This document shows, one piece after another, positions 43,086 to 58,089 of a stretch of 64,000 nucleotides of DNA. Numbering within the stretch: position 1 is the first letter of the stretch; each line of letters starts with the position of its first letter. The stretch covers positions 358,856,001 through 358,920,000 of the forward strand of contig OZ024742.1 of assembly GCA_964016885.1 (NCBI GenBank), written 5' to 3'. Under the pieces are notes generated by a model. It saw only the letters and a list, made by a program, of their open reading frames with translations. It was not told the origin of the DNA and did no database searches. This DNA comes from Eledone cirrhosa (lineage: Eukaryota). A program made the position numbers and the translations under genes.

Positions 43086-43509
43086 TCATTTAATACATAA
43101 TGACTTAATATTAGCTTACAACAATAGAAATATTTAAAGCACGTATTAGAATCTGAATAAAAACTCTTTGATATCTATAAGGACGGATGCCACTGGTGGT
43201 CAAGGATATTCAAGATAGTTGTCTAACTTTTTTTTTTCTTTGAAAATATACAATTTTATGTTGAACTTTCTCTGTGAATCTTGTTATGTAACTAGAATTA
43301 AGGTGCGGTAAATGAAGATAGCAGACCAGGTCCGAACACATAAGGATCAAATACCAACTGTCACTGCATCAGTCTCTCCCCAGAGTTAATATATAAATTA
43401 AAGCTTTTCTCGGATGTACTTGATAAAATGACAAGTCAGTCAATCATATCGGTGGCCTCCCCACAGCCCCGGTGGACAGATTGGAGGAGGCATTTCCCCG
43501 GAGGACGGC

Positions 43510-43822
43510 AAGGGAGTTATCGTAATTCACTTAACCTTTATCTCTACAAAATACTTCAGTAATGCTGGTATATTCACTGCCCCCGTCTCTCTCGGTCTCC
43601 CCAGCTTCTCACTGTTTATAAGCAAATGGGGGCTCACGCGCTGGCCGTCCCACGGTCCCGGCGGACAGAATAGAGAAAGCGTTTCCCCGGGGCATGGTGA
43701 GGGAGACGCGTTGGAAGATCATTCCAGCTCGTGAGGCTCAGAGATCTGGGTATCCAATTCCATGCAGATGGTGGTGAGTAGGGAGATGGTCCTAGAGCCA
43801 GGGACACCAGAAATCTCCACTG
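43510..43822. repeat. unclassified interspersed repeat (related copies ~27030-27175 and ~49645-49885)
   Basis: Shared CTCTACAAAATACTTCAGTAATG, CACTGCCC and GGACAGAATAGAGAA blocks. Confidence 0.6.
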
Positions 43823-45214
43823 AATAAAAATGTAAACATAAAAATATAAATATGATAAGTATCTGCATACGTTACCTGTAGTTAGAATTTACGATTTATT
43901 TAAACATGAAATTATCATTATAGTGGCGACTCTGAATATTTAAACAAAGTTAAAATGTGATAAGTGGTGTTTAAATTACTAATAGTCATTGTAGATATAA
44001 TTAGCACGTGTGTTTATTCGTTTACGTATTCGTACAATTAGTCATGCGATGGTCATTTAGTGCCAGTATTATAGGATGGCTAGAATAAAACCTGGTTTCT
44101 TGGTGTAGAAATATATGTATTTAAACATCATAATCTAAACTATAATAAAGGAAGGTCTGCGGGATTGCGTACGGTTTATTTATTTTTATCCCGTTTGTTA
44201 AATAAGTTGGATTACTTTGAATAAATAATGAATGTATATTACATAATGTATCGACTAAATTTCGTGGCTGTTCATTAAATATATTTTGTTTATTTAAAGA
44301 TTCACTTCTTTAAAATTTCTGAAATGTCAACACTTCCTGTGGCGATCGCTTAAATAAACATACTCATTTTCCGTCACTAATTTTCTCCTAATGCAGTTTA
44401 TATATAATATCGTCTTTTTTAATGTATCATGGATTACTTTACTGATTACATAAGACAGTGTAACGCAGTCTTCGTTCAATTGCTGTGTATTATATATTGT
44501 CAATTACGATTTTATTTGATGTATCATATCTACATGTATATATATACCTGCGTATAATATCAATATACACACTACACATGCTAGCAGAAAACCACCCGAG
44601 GCAGGTTTTTCTGCTAGTATCATGTAATATCAAATGTATTTACATCTCATTTATTCTTCAGTCTCATACATTATTTACTATAGAACTTTAATCCGTACAT
44701 TTTCCTGAGATTGTTATCATTCTTTCTCTATTCACAGTTTAACCACGAACTCCCTAGTCTTATCTTTTCAAAATATATTTCTTTCAGTCTCTCACTTCTC
44801 TCCAACCCCTGAATTAATCCACAATACCTACATAAAGGACACATCTTCTTTGCTTCTATATGTCACAGCCCCTCCCTTCAAAATAAATGTTTAACTATAG
44901 CACGTATTGAATTCTGTTTCATTTAATGTGTTAGAGTAATGTATAGAGTTTTATGTGGGCAAATGTCTAGCATTAACACCATACATACATCCACAGAAAT
45001 ACACACAACGACACACATACACTTAGACGGATCGGCGGCGGCGGCGGCGTCACTCGAATCAAGGCTGTGTCGTCGTCGCATTCACCGCGAACTCTCTCTA
45101 TTTTCGATGCTAATCGATCGACCTTGATGGTCGTTGGCGCAACCTGGCAAACGAGCGGCGAGCGAGACTTATATATAGTGAAATATACACACATACACTT
45201 ATATATATATATGA

Positions 45215-45713
<499 letters not shown>

Positions 45714-45989
45714 GTTTAAAGGATGGTAACCTTATGTTACTGTTGGTTCAGCGACCTGACCACTGGATACGTAGGTGAGTCAGTTTAAGTCTAGTACAAG
45801 GTGTTATACATTTGGTGTTATATTATGGTCAGTTTCCTTCATAGGCAGTACGTGGATATCTCCCATCATTAACGTCCCCAAGAGTCAGATCAACTATTGA
45901 TTTTAGAGTCGGGCTCGATCGATACAGATGGAAGCCTGAGCAGATCAATCACGAAATCACGAATCGTGCGTCACACCTGAATAAACATA

Positions 45990-46610
45990 ATAATTGTTTC
46001 TACCTTTGGCACAAGGCCAGCAATTATCACACTGTATTACTGGTACTTTATTTTATCGACCCCGTAAGGATGAAAGGCAAAGTTAACCTCGGCGGAAATT
46101 GAAGTCAGACCATAAAGGGCCGTATAAACTTAATAATGATACTCAGTTTCAAACTGATTCCATCCTGATATATATATATGGCACAAGGCCACCAATATCC
46201 CCAGTGTATTACTGGTACTTTATTTTATCAACCCTGTAACGATGAAAGGCAAAGTTAACCTCGGTGGGATTTGAACTCAGATCATAAAGTGTCGCAACTC
46301 TATGCCGCAAAGCATGACGTCCTATCCGCTACTGATACTGCCAATCCACCAGTATTAATATTATGGATTTGGCAGTATCGGTAGAGGGGCGGACACCATG
46401 CTTTGACGCATAGAGTTACGCTCTTTATGATCTGAGTTCAAATCCCACCGAGGTTAACTTTGCCTTTTGAGTTCAAATTAACTTTACCATTTTGAGTTCA
46501 AATCCTGCCGAGGTTAACTTTGCCTTTCATCCTTACGGGGTCGATAAAATAAAGTTCCAGTAATGTACTGGGAAATTGCTGGCCTTATGCCCAATGTAGA
46601 AACAATTAAT
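45990..46610. mobile_element. three Nin-type SINEs (two minus, one plus; head-to-head pair)
   Basis: Core motifs in both orientations; the plus copy has a locally duplicated B-box region. Confidence 0.85.
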
Positions 46611-47006
46611 ATTATTAATATTAAGAATATTGATAATATTCGATTCGTTTGCAACTATGCAAACAGCCTCTTAAGCCATGTCAGTAGAATGACCTCGTCA
46701 CTTTTGCTCTTGTGTTGATATATAAACAGAACGAAAAACACTAATGTTTCTGGGTTATTACCTTTCATCAGTAACGTAAATTGTTTAACTGTCAGCTGTC
46801 ACAGTCGATCGACATTCGTCTAATCAAACTGAGGAAAAAACGTTTCCATTGGTCTTTCCAATTTCTAAAACTATCTATCGGTCGCAACTCCAGGTAGAAG
46901 GAGCAACGTGAAATAAAGTGTCTTGCCAAAGGACATAATGCATCACCCGATCGAGAGAATATCTAGAATGTTCACAGGAGTACATCATGGCAGTACATTG
47001 AAGACA

Positions 47007-47065
<59 letters not shown>

Positions 47066-47066
<1 letters not shown>

Positions 47067-47465
47067 TATATATCACAGAAAAACGGAGAATCAGTGTTGC
47101 GACGAATGGAATTTATTGGACATATTACAATCGTTTCTCTGGCGACCAGCTCGAGGCACGTTCGATGTGATGATCGAACCTAACTCTGAAAATCGCAAGG
47201 TCCTCATATACGTCTTGATTCTACGAAGCAGATTTTCCTATCGTAGAATCTGAGGACCTTGCGATTTTCAGAGTCAGGCTCAATCATCACATCGACCGTG
47301 CCTCGAGCTGGTCGCCAGAGAAACTATTGTAATATGTCCAATAAATTCCATTCGTCGCAACACTGATTCTCTTTTTTTTGTGATATCATACTCTGCTCTA
47401 TGAGGGCATCGAGTGCTCATACGGCCTACCGCATACGGACACTTTAATCATCCAACACCAATTAT
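47066..47465. mobile_element. fold-back with damaged hammerheads (- 47119-47214; + 47250-47338)
   Basis: Consensus of the two arms: gacgtat-CTGAGGA-long stem II-GAAA-CGATTG-TA-atatgtc. Confidence 0.65.
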
Positions 47466-47757
47466 ATATATATATATATTATTTGCAACAACACAGCTCG
47501 CCATTTTTTATTCATATTTGCTCCCCCTCTGCTGTGACATGTCTTTTTCTCTTCCCTTGCTGCTATCCTCTTTCACTCCCCCTTCTCTCTCCCCTTCTCC
47601 CTCTTACTTTCACTCACCACATCTGCTAATCACCCTCTCTCGGCTAGGCTCTTCCTCGCAGTCTGCTAATATGCAAATCAGGCCGATCAGTCACTGTGTA
47701 TTTTTGAAAATAGCATATATTTTCACTAGCTCTGACAGTTTGGCAGGTAGACAGTGA

Positions 47758-47802
47758 GCTGTACTGATGAAGGGTGTTCCCAGAAACATTAGTGTCTGCA
47801 GT
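47758..47802 (+). ncRNA. type-I hammerhead motif
   Basis: gctgta-CTGATGA-a ggg tgtt ccc a-GAAA-CATTAGTG-TC-tgcagt; GUC triplet. Confidence 0.7.
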
Positions 47803-47917
47803 TCTGTGCGCATGTCAACACAAGAGCAATAATGAAGTGTTCATTCTACTGACATGGCTATAAAATTGAGGCTTGTTTGCAAAATTGCAAACTAATCGAA
47901 TATTATCAATATTCCAA

Positions 47918-48491
47918 AAAACTGAGGATGTCTGTGTGTGTGAGTTTGAATCCCTAAAACTAGAGAAGCACCCAACCGACTGTTTTCAAACTTTACACAT
48001 GTAATACTTATGTGTCAGGGAGTTTTCTGAACAAAACAAATTACAAATGTTCAATGCCCTAGGGACCGCATTAAGCGATTTAGCGGTCTCTCTCTAAAAT
48101 TCTTAGTATTTCTCTTTTTAGAGAGATACATACATATAACGTCGCGCCCTTATAATATCAGTCTGTATGTCTGGCTGTCTGCATTACGTCACTTGCTACA
48201 ATTCGCTCTGCGTCCAGAACGAGCCCTTATAATATATGTCTGTATGTCTGGCTGTCTGCTGCCTCCGGTTATTCTGCCACCCTTCCTCAAGACATATCTC
48301 ACACTCATTCCCCAAACAGTTGGTTAGTGCACACAACTTCTTCCTCGCGTTTTAAGCCACAGTGTTGCTTACCTTCGTACCAGCAGACCCTTACTTATTT
48401 GCCAGCCGTGGTTGTGGCAATACTAAGCTTAGCTAAGGCGGTTATATATTTCACAATACCTTATCCCGTGCAACGCCGGGTACCACTGCTA

Positions 48492-48492
<1 letters not shown>
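47918..48492 (+). mobile_element. non-autonomous Helitron
   Basis: 3' CCCGTGCAACGCCGGG hairpin plus CTAG|T; 5' GAGGATGT(GT)n resembles the 20672 element. Confidence 0.7.
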
Positions 48493-48535
<43 letters not shown>

Positions 48536-48643
48536 TTATTAAAATAACAGATTAAAGTTTAAATAAATATTTGCTCTACGGTTCTTATATATTTGATATA
48601 TATTTATCCTTATCGAGCCCTCTTTGGATTATATATATAGATG

Positions 48644-48710
<67 letters not shown>

Positions 48711-48739
48711 TATGTTATATATATATATATATTTATATA

Positions 48740-49430
48740 TCATCGTCACCATCATCATCAGGTCGAGCTAGCTCAGCTTTCTACGACACGTTTCCTCCAT
48801 CCATCTCTGTCTCTCATAGAGTTTGCCACTTCTTCCGCAGTGCATCCAGTATCGTCCTCAAGTTGCTTGACATATGTCTTCTTGGGACGACCAGCATTTC
48901 TTGCTCCATGAGATGGACTCCATAACAATACATCACCTTCTATTTCTTCGTTGCTGCGCCAACAGTGGCCAGCAAATCTGAGTCTCTGTCCACGTATTGA
49001 CCTGCTGATAGGTGGTATATTGCCATATAGATCCTTATTTGTTGGGTGTTCCCTCCAAGACACGTTTAAAGCAGACTCTATCTCAACGCAAGCAAAACAG
49101 AATATATTTGCCTAAACCAAGACTTCTAAGTTGATATGCGAAGTCTAAACGGCGATATAATCAAGCAAGTTGACGACTTCAAAAACCTGGGTAGCTATAT
49201 CGCCTCCACAGAACATGATGTTAACATCAGACTGGGAAAAACCTGGGGAGCATTGAATGCAATGGAAAGAATATGGAAATCAAACCTGCCGGCCAAACTG
49301 AAAAGGAATTCCTTCAGAGCTGCTGTGGAATCTGTGCTTGTTTATGGCTCTATCACGTGGACGCTAACGTCGAAACTGGAGAAAAATCTAGACGGGGCAT
49401 ACACACGTATGCTCCGTGCTGCTTTAAATA

Positions 49431-49433
<3 letters not shown>
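48740..49433 (-). mobile_element. RTE-like LINE 3' end with inverted 5' segment
   Basis: Minus arm: VSWREH...RLRFAGHCWR...GRPKKTY with (TGA)n tail. Plus arm: VDDFKNLGS...YTRMLRAALN. The two peptides are consecutive. Confidence 0.9.
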
Positions 49434-49492
<59 letters not shown>

Positions 49493-50819
49493 AGAGAGAG
49501 AGAGAAAAATCAGGGTGGAATCAGTTTGAAACTGATTATACCATTACTCATCAGAGTCCTTGGGCTAGTAGAGTAGGGTTATAATATATATGATATAGAT
49601 AAATACCAATAAATAATTAAATAAATGTTGATATTCTATTTCTTTCACTCACTGCCCCTGTCCGTTACACTTTTCCCATCTCTCATTATTATAATCAAAT
49701 GGGGGCCGATGCACTGTCCACCCCGCTGCCCCAGTGGACAGAATAGAGAAGGAATTTTCGCGGATGATGGTGAGGAAGGCGCCATTCCAGCTCACGAAGC
49801 TCACACATGTGGGTTGCCAACTCCGTGCCGATAGCTATGTGTAGGGAGGTGGTCCAATGACTAAGGACACCAGATGTCTTCACTACGACGGCTCCCACCG
49901 CAAACCCCTCCGAGATCGACTGAATTATAGCACATCCCATTAAATACCTCCCACCACTATGCCATGATGGCAATATTTACTTACCAATATAGAGAAATCT
50001 TTATAACTAAATATAAGTGTCGTAAAATAGATATCTTAGTTCGTTTAGAATCCCAGGCTATGAGAAGTATGACACCGTTCAACCGTATTTTACTATTTAA
50101 AATATATTTTAAATTGATGGTTGAATATTTAGGAACAAAACTAAAACTAAAAAAGGAGCAGAAACCAACAATCCGGAAATAAAATATGCAAAAACAGAAA
50201 AGAAACCTTATTTTCGCATTAATCGTTTACCTTTATCAGTGTAAAATTTACCTTTGATACTGCCGGTAACGGTGAACAATTGTTAGGAGTTCACTTTTTA
50301 TTCATTTAAATATGTTGTATCTCCACCTTGATCACATTCCACTAAATCCATTGATCTCTGACCCAGTGAAATGAGATCCAAACGACAACATAAATCTCTA
50401 TCTGACAATCGAACTAATCGAACTAGTTACATCTATCCTCCGGGAAATCATTCTTTATATCTACTTTGACCTGAACCTCTACTAATTTCTCTATATATGA
50501 GTCCATTTCTCTCGAGAAACGAATGGTGAAGTTGAATAAAATCAAATTTGACAAATGATATTTATAGATAACATTTGAAGCAGTAGAAATTGAATATGGA
50601 TATAATGGTCAAATTGTCATGAATCCATATCAGTAGAAGAAAGATAATATATGCTTTCTATAGAAAGGTAGTAGAGAACATTAAATATGGTGGTCAGAGG
50701 GTTACACTGAGATCCACAGCAATACCCAGGTAAAGGTTTATAAGTAATTTCTAAAAGTTCTTCATTTGATAGTGTTATGAGAATTCCCCAGCATGTTAGA
50801 AGACGAAAGTCATATCATA

Positions 50820-52047
50820 CAACCATAATGGTTCCTCTCATAGGCAGAAGTCCAACAATTTTTGAGGGGTGTGTTAAATCGAACCCCAGTTCGTTACTGG
50901 TACATGTAACACCAAGCAAACGTCATTATTGGATTGGCAGTATCGGTAGAGGGTCGGACGACATGCATTCCAGCATAGTTACGTCCCTTTATGATCTGAG
51001 TTCAAATCCCGCCGAGGTTGACTTTGCCTTTCATCCTTACGGGGTCGATAAAATAAAGTACCTGTAATACACTGTGATAATTGCTGGCCTTGTGCCAAAA
51101 GTAGAAACAATTATTAGATATTTCTAGAAAATTCCGTCTTCGTAAACCATAGGATGAAGACAAGCACACGAAATATAAAATACACACCTTCCCTATGTAT
51201 CATGGCTTTAACGATTTCTTTCAATAATATATAATTGTGGTTTCTGATTTAGGCACAAGGCCAGGAATTTTAGGGGAGAGTCAATTAAATCGACCTCTGT
51301 GCATTACTGGTACTTTATTTTATTGACCCAGTAAGGATAAAAGGCAAAGCTAACCTCGGAATAACTCAGAACGTAAAGGGCCGAAACTCTGTGACGTGAA
51401 GCATGGCGTCCGACACCCTACCGATACTGTAATCTAATAATAATAATTGTTTCTACTTTTGGCACAAGGACAGCAATTATCCAGTGCATTACTGGTTCAT
51501 TATTTTATCGAACCCGTAAGGACCAAAGGCAAAGTTAACCTCGGCAGAATTTGAACTCAGACTGTCAAGGGCCGTAACTCTATGCTGCAAAGCATGGTGT
51601 ACGACTCCCTACCGATATTGTCAATCCTCCACCCTCTAATAATTATTTCTAGTAATGGCACAAGGCCAGAAATTTGGGGAGCGATGAAAGTCGATTAAAT
51701 CGACCCAGTTCGTTACTGGTACTATATTTGATCGACCCGCAAGAATGAAAGGCAAAGTTAATTTCAGCGGGATTTGAACTTAGAACGTAATGGGAGGGAA
51801 CTCTATGTTTAAAGAATGGTTTCCGACGCTCTACCGATACTGCCAATCCACCGGAGGTAAATAATAATTGTTTTTACTTTTGTCACAAGGCCAGCAATTA
51901 TCCAGTGTATTACTGGTATTTTATTTTATCGACCCCGTAAGGATGAAAGGTAAAGTTAACCTCGACGTGATTTTAACTCAGAATGGAAAGGGCAGTAACT
52001 CTATGCGTTAAAGAAAGGCGTCCGACCTTCTAACGACACTGCCAATC
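50820..52047. mobile_element. cluster of ~6 Nin-type SINEs, mostly minus-strand head-to-tail
   Basis: Cores at ~51030 (+) and ~51330, ~51515, ~51740, ~51935 (-), plus a partial copy at ~50820. Confidence 0.9.
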
Positions 52048-52336
52048 GATAATACAATATTTGTATTTGTCCCCAAGTCAGCTCTGATTGAGCAACCCTA
52101 TAATCTAAGGTGTTCCAGACGTTATCACATTTTTACCAGCCATAACATATCTAGGAATTTCTTAGTTAAGATTTAGCTGCTATTTCTTTGAGGTAAACTA
52201 ACCACATAGAAGATCCTCATGCTGATTTAAATAATGGGGAGAGTGGTCAGTAAGCATGAGTAGTTAGCTCAACATTTAAATCTCGTTAGTAGTCTGACAG
52301 CAATATAATATAGTCCTGTTTATGTTGTAGTGTATG

Positions 52337-52455
52337 AAGGCATGTGGCTGCGTGGTTAGAGAATTTGATTCGCAATCGTGAGGTTGTGAATTCGATTCCC
52401 AGACCGGTCGATGCGTTATGTCCTTCAGCAACATTTTATTTCACGCTGCTCCTTC
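52337..52455 (+). mobile_element. degenerate CORE-type SINE
   Basis: A/B boxes and partial core. Confidence 0.6.
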
Positions 52456-53029
52456 TACCTGGATTTGCGACAGATAGATAGTATTAGCAATTGGAAAGAC
52501 TAATGGAAACATTGTTTCCTCCCGTTCGATTTGACGATCGTTCTTTAAGTTGTAGTCAAGGCTATATTGAAGTTTTACTATGTTTCTTTCCTCTTTCTTG
52601 ACTTCGTTATTCTACTAATATATATATTTTTTTTTATTTGACATTCTTATATTTTTCTCATATCAACCAATATATGCTTTTTGCTTTTCAATTAAATACG
52701 CCACTTATTTTCTTTGTTGCATTTCTTTTTCGATGAAATAAATCACAGTTTATGTGTGAAATAAAACAACATAATTAATATATTTCAAATTTACTTACTG
52801 GTCTGGATACAATATGTATTTTTCAATGTTTAGAAATATTAATCTTTTTCATTCCTGTTGAAAGTTACGTTTATATTTACAGAGTGACTTTGGATATATT
52901 TGATCTTTGTTCGTCATTAAATGTTTTAGACATCGATATGTATATAGTACAACTATATCTAAGCAAAGTCTAGTAATGCACTTATCAATTATACCATCAA
53001 TGTATGGACTTATAATGCTACATTTTTAG

Positions 53030-53068
53030 ACTATAATATTATTTTCCAAACAAGACAGCCAGATCCAG
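53030..53068 (+). CDS. candidate 39-nt phase-1 microexon (xYNIIFQTRQPDP)
   Basis: catttttag|...CCAGATCCAG|gtaata; good donor and acceptor in repeat-free sequence; no homology support. Confidence 0.3.
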
Positions 53069-53907
53069 GTAATATCAAAGCAAAGCTTATTGATTGTGTT
53101 TTAAGTAGCATATGGTCTGATGCTTTCATTGCGCTTTTCTGATTAAGATCGATTGAGATAATATAATGAATCAACAACAAATAAGAACTGTTTTTTTAAA
53201 TTTTCACCAAACCTCGTAGATTCCCAATCAAACATAAATCTATAGAGCAATGTCTAAAATATGTATACACCATTGATGACATTCTATGTGATAGTAGTTT
53301 TATAAAAGAGAAAACGACTTCCACAAACGTTATTATAGAGGTACAGAGAAAAGTATTAATGAGAGACGAAACATCTAAATATTTAAACTGGCAATCAAAT
53401 AATCTTAGTGAATGAAATTTACAAAATTGATGTAGTAACATGGTAGGATTAACAAAATGTAAAACAAGTTGCAGTAGATGATAATGGTGTCGTTTGTCAG
53501 AAGTACTTTGTCAAGGATTAACTGTTTCACTACAACTGTCATTTGAATTATGATTACGTAAGCTTTTAGAGGGACGGGGAATAATTTCTATGCAATTTAG
53601 TGAGCTACAATATAACAGATATGATGTGTTCTACACACGACTTGCGCCTTGCGACATTCCATTTCACTAGCTGTTAACTGTTGATCTAAACAGTTACAGC
53701 ATATTCCGACAATATCGTTCCCTCCAACAGTACCAAGTAGCTTTTGATGTTACCAAGGCAGGTTTGAGGCTTGAGACCAACTTGTTATCCATGCCGCTAT
53801 CACCAGAGCCGATGAGTCGTAACATCTCCTCATTTAGCATTATGATCTTTTTTGGTTGTTCTCGGCTCTCATTGTTGGACGTTCACTTAAATGCTTTTGA
53901 CATATCA

Positions 53908-54094
53908 ATAATTGTTTCTACTTTGGAACAAGGCCAGCAATTATCCCAGTGTATTACTGGTACTTTATTTTATCGAACCTGTAAGGATGAAAGGCAAAGT
54001 TAACATCGGCGGGATTTGAACTTAGATCATAAAGGGACGTAAATCTATACTTCAAAGCATGGTGTCCGACCCTCTACCGATACTGCCAATCCAT
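53908..54094 (-). mobile_element. full-length Nin-type SINE
   Basis: All modules present; ATCAATAAT on both sides. Confidence 0.9.
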
Positions 54095-54299
54095 CAATAA
54101 TGATGCTGTCTGACACAACCCGCCCGCGTTCTTGAGTTACCTCTCTATTGCTCTTTCTTACTCAGATATCAGCCAGGCAGAACATGTTAGATTAACCTAC
54201 AAATCAATGACATTCTACACCAACTGCAAGCAATGTACACACCCAGTTTCGACGCTCAAACGAATCATCTAGTTCTTCCTATTTTAGCCCTCCCAATAA

Positions 54300-54389
<90 letters not shown>

Positions 54390-54413
54390 GTATGTGTGTG
54401 TGTGTGTGTGTGT

Positions 54414-57400
54414 GTAGGAGGTGAGTTTTATTGTAGCACAATAAAGCAATGCAAATATCGGATAAGTATCACTCTACAGTTTGTAGGACTGGAGTATAAA
54501 TAATATAAGATCAAAAGATGGTTAAAAGAGTTCCAAGTATTTTATTTTGCGCATTTCAAAAACAAATATCATCATGGGATGATATCTGCGTTCTCATCAG
54601 ATAAAATAGGGAGGCATGATATGAAGCTTAAACAACACTTGTGAGCAGTGAAGATTTAAATCAACATATGAAAAATAAATTATAATGGATGTATGTTGGA
54701 AAAGGTAAGGTACAGGGAGAAATAAGAGTAAAGGATGGTGGGGGTGGAGTATAAGAAGGAAGGATAAGAGAGGAGGAGAAATGGGTGATAGAGAGAGATA
54801 GCCTTTATAACTGAGAAAATATTGTCTAACAGAGAGAAATTAAAAAACCGTTGGAAGATAATAGATCATTTAAAAGATTTTGAAATTAAAAGTTAGTGAG
54901 GTTTATGCATGAAGAAAAAGGAATTAAGAATAGTATTAAATTAAGGTTTTTATATTGAAGGGTTCAATAATATGTGCGAAGGAAAATAAATTATCAATAT
55001 GTATTATTAAAATAAAAATATTAATGATATTAAGGATATAATGTGAAAAGAAGGAGAAGAATAAATGAGTTATGAATTTAGAGGAATTAGTTAGGGTTTA
55101 AGTTTGTTTTTATATATTGTAATTTGTATACGGAAATAGTATTGTAATATGTACACGTAAATAGTATTGTAATATTTATACGTAAATAGTATGTTTAAAA
55201 TGAGCGCGGAAGGAGAGAAGAAAAAAGAATGCTTAAGGAAGAAAAATCTAACGTCAAAAAGTATATATGTTTACGAAATATTTTCTAATGGTAATATTAT
55301 AATATATTAAAAAGAAATTAGTTAGGGTTTAAGTTTGTTTTTATGTATTGTAATATGTAAAAGTAAAAGTAAGTAGTAGGTTTAAAACGAGGAGGGAAGG
55401 AGAGAAGAGAGAAGAAAAATTTAAGGAAGAACAAATATCTAACGTCAAAAAGTTTATATGTTTACGAAAAACTTCTAATGGTAATATTATAATGTATTAA
55501 AAAAGAATAGTTTTAATGGCCAATAATATGAGGAAAGATGGAAGAATGGATAATGCTGTAGTGAGTAATAATATGAATTGAGAAGTAATTGGGAAGAAAA
55601 AGTACAGATCAGAGATTAGAAATTAAAAAAAGAAAAAAGGAAGAAAGGAAAATGATAAAGAAGAATGACATAGAATGAGTAAATTGTATTATATAATATA
55701 TAATACTGAAATAAGGTAGAAAGATGGGTATATTTGTAAAAGATATATAAGCCTTTGAGAAAAGAGGATTTTAAACTAATAAGGTATTGAGATATTAGAT
55801 GTATACTTTATGGAATGTTCTATGGGATTTATGCAAGCAGAGCGAAAATAAATCTGAGCGTCTATTTATTATAGAATTGAAATTAGATATAATGGTAAAT
55901 TTCTCGGTTAGGCAGAGATTACATTTTCTGGATAGGGAAGAACTCAGGTAAGGAAAGGTGGAACAAACCTTCCTCCAAGAGATGTTATAGTTAATATGCT
56001 TGTCTTTTAAGGACCATATGAGTTCCGAGAATGTCGTGTTAGTACTTTTAAGTTGGTATTTAAAAGACGATTTGTGATTATAAAATCTAGCTTTGAAGGA
56101 AGTGGAAGTGGAACCGAAATAGGTAAAAGAATTAGTATCAGTTATAGACTAAGTTTTTATCAAGACAATGGTTATTAAGAGGACATTTAGTTTTAATAGG
56201 GCAATTACAATTACGATTAGAGAAATTAACAGAGTTATTAACAAGTGGCCTAGTATTATTTATAGAAGGAATTTGATTGGAGAAGTTATTTACGATAGGA
56301 ACAATAGTTTCCTGATTTAGATTGGTATTATGAACATTCAACGAAGTTACGTTTGACGTCGTATTTAAATTTACAGAATCTAGCCTAGAGTTAACAATGA
56401 CGTCGGCTATACTGCTGCTATTATTATGACGCTCAGTGTTGGAAGGATGTAATTTATTATTTAATATTTTATTATTGTGTTTAGAGATAATGTTAGAGAT
56501 GTTGGAAGTGGTAGAATAAGAAAATTTGATTGTATGTTTGTTAAAGATTTTACTATATATATGTGAGGGAGGGAAGCATTTATCTAAAGCCCTAAAGAAT
56601 AGTTTAGGAATATTATTATTAATAGATAGAGAGAAAGGAGCATTATACCCAATTATATTTTTGTATCTAGGTCTTTTATTTAAGTTATTGGAATGTTCAT
56701 AATTAATTATTTTACTATAAGACCTTCGATGATTGGTATCCTTACTGTATTTAAAATTATCAGGATAACTGGGTTTAGAAAGCGCATTATTATAGTAATT
56801 GGCATTAGCGTCGAAGATATCTTTATTAGTGGATAGATTTGAGATTCTTTTTTCATTATTACTGACAATAGCATTTTTAATGTTAGTGGGGTGGTTAGAT
56901 TTAAAATTAACTAATTTCGATTTTCATTGTTTTTATGGTAAGGGTAATATAGGCCAGTGTCAAGATTAAGGGATATATCCAAGAAGTTAGCTAGTTTGAC
57001 GTTGTTATCAAATTCAATTTTAAGGTTATGGTGCTTAAATGATCACGTATATTGTTCTTAATAATATTAAGGTTAACTAAGTTGCAGTTTAAGATAGTAA
57101 AATGCCATCGTCACGATAAATTCCACCGCGAAGTTGAGGAATTTTCCGATTTAAAGAATTCAAAATAAAAATACCAATCAAATCAGTCAATTGCGATGAA
57201 TCGGAAGGACGCATTGTGATATCAAAATTGTTGTAAGTATCGGCTCTAGTCCAGTATTCATTGTTGAATTCCAAGATAGTTTTTCTTGCGGTGAGAATGA
57301 TGTAAAGTTCATCTGTGGTAATGTCAGAATATTTAAATGCAAAAGAAGGCGAAATAGAAGAATATTAGCTGGCAATATCAAATTGAATAAATTTTTGTTT

Positions 57401-58050
57401 GTTTTTCTTACTCAGGCTGTTGAACCAGCCAATTACTTCAGATGTACCAATCCATAAATTTAAGTTAGAAATAGAGCAATTAGAACGAACTTGTGGGATA
57501 ATTCTATCCAAGATGGCTTTACTAACAACCCCCAGATCTGATTTAGAGGGGGCGATTAGTCTAACAGGCAGTTCCATTCGAAAGTTACTTTTATGATCCT
57601 TGAGATTTACCTCGGAGTTCTTGGGAGGAATGGTTCGGTTTTTTTCTCAATGCCAAGTTTAGACATAATCACAGAAGCTTCCAAGTTTATAGATTCCAAA
57701 TTGTCAAGGTTACTTTTACGATAATTATTCATTAGTTCCTTAAGGATAAGGTTATTATACTTATCCTTAGATACGCCATATAAATTATTAGTTTTGTCGG
57801 AGGGGACTAAGATATTTTTAGTGGAATTAAGGTTTAAAATCGTATTCCTGAGATTTACAAGGTGCTCCTGTCCTCTATAAGGGTTTCTCTTGAATTTAAG
57901 ACTTCTTATAATATTAGTTAATTCTTCCTCGTACTGCACTAGATTTTTGTTGGAAGGAGGATTTCTTCTAGAGTTAAATAAATGATAAAAAAAGTTATGT
58001 TCCTTAGTATAGAAATTTCCTTTTTGGCGCTGATCATTTATTTAACTCTA
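54414..58050 (-). mobile_element. 5'-truncated PLE of Naiad type (RT plus GIY-YIG, pseudogenised)
   Basis: SDKTNNLY, VRLIAPSKSDLG, FIQFDI, FDITM, GIYRDDG, CNCPIKTKCPLNNHC (CxCx5C), YFGSTS, CNLCLTEK; ~1.3-kb 3' UTR; hammerhead at 54538-54608 with a mutated cleavage triplet. Confidence 0.9.
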
Positions 58051-58089
58051 GAAGAAATCCTGTAGTAAAAATCTTTAATAAACATACAA

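Noticed and set aside
55800-56230. Selenocysteine recoding reported for some Naiad PLEs
   Set aside because: The conserved Cys positions read here are TGT/TGC, not TGA.
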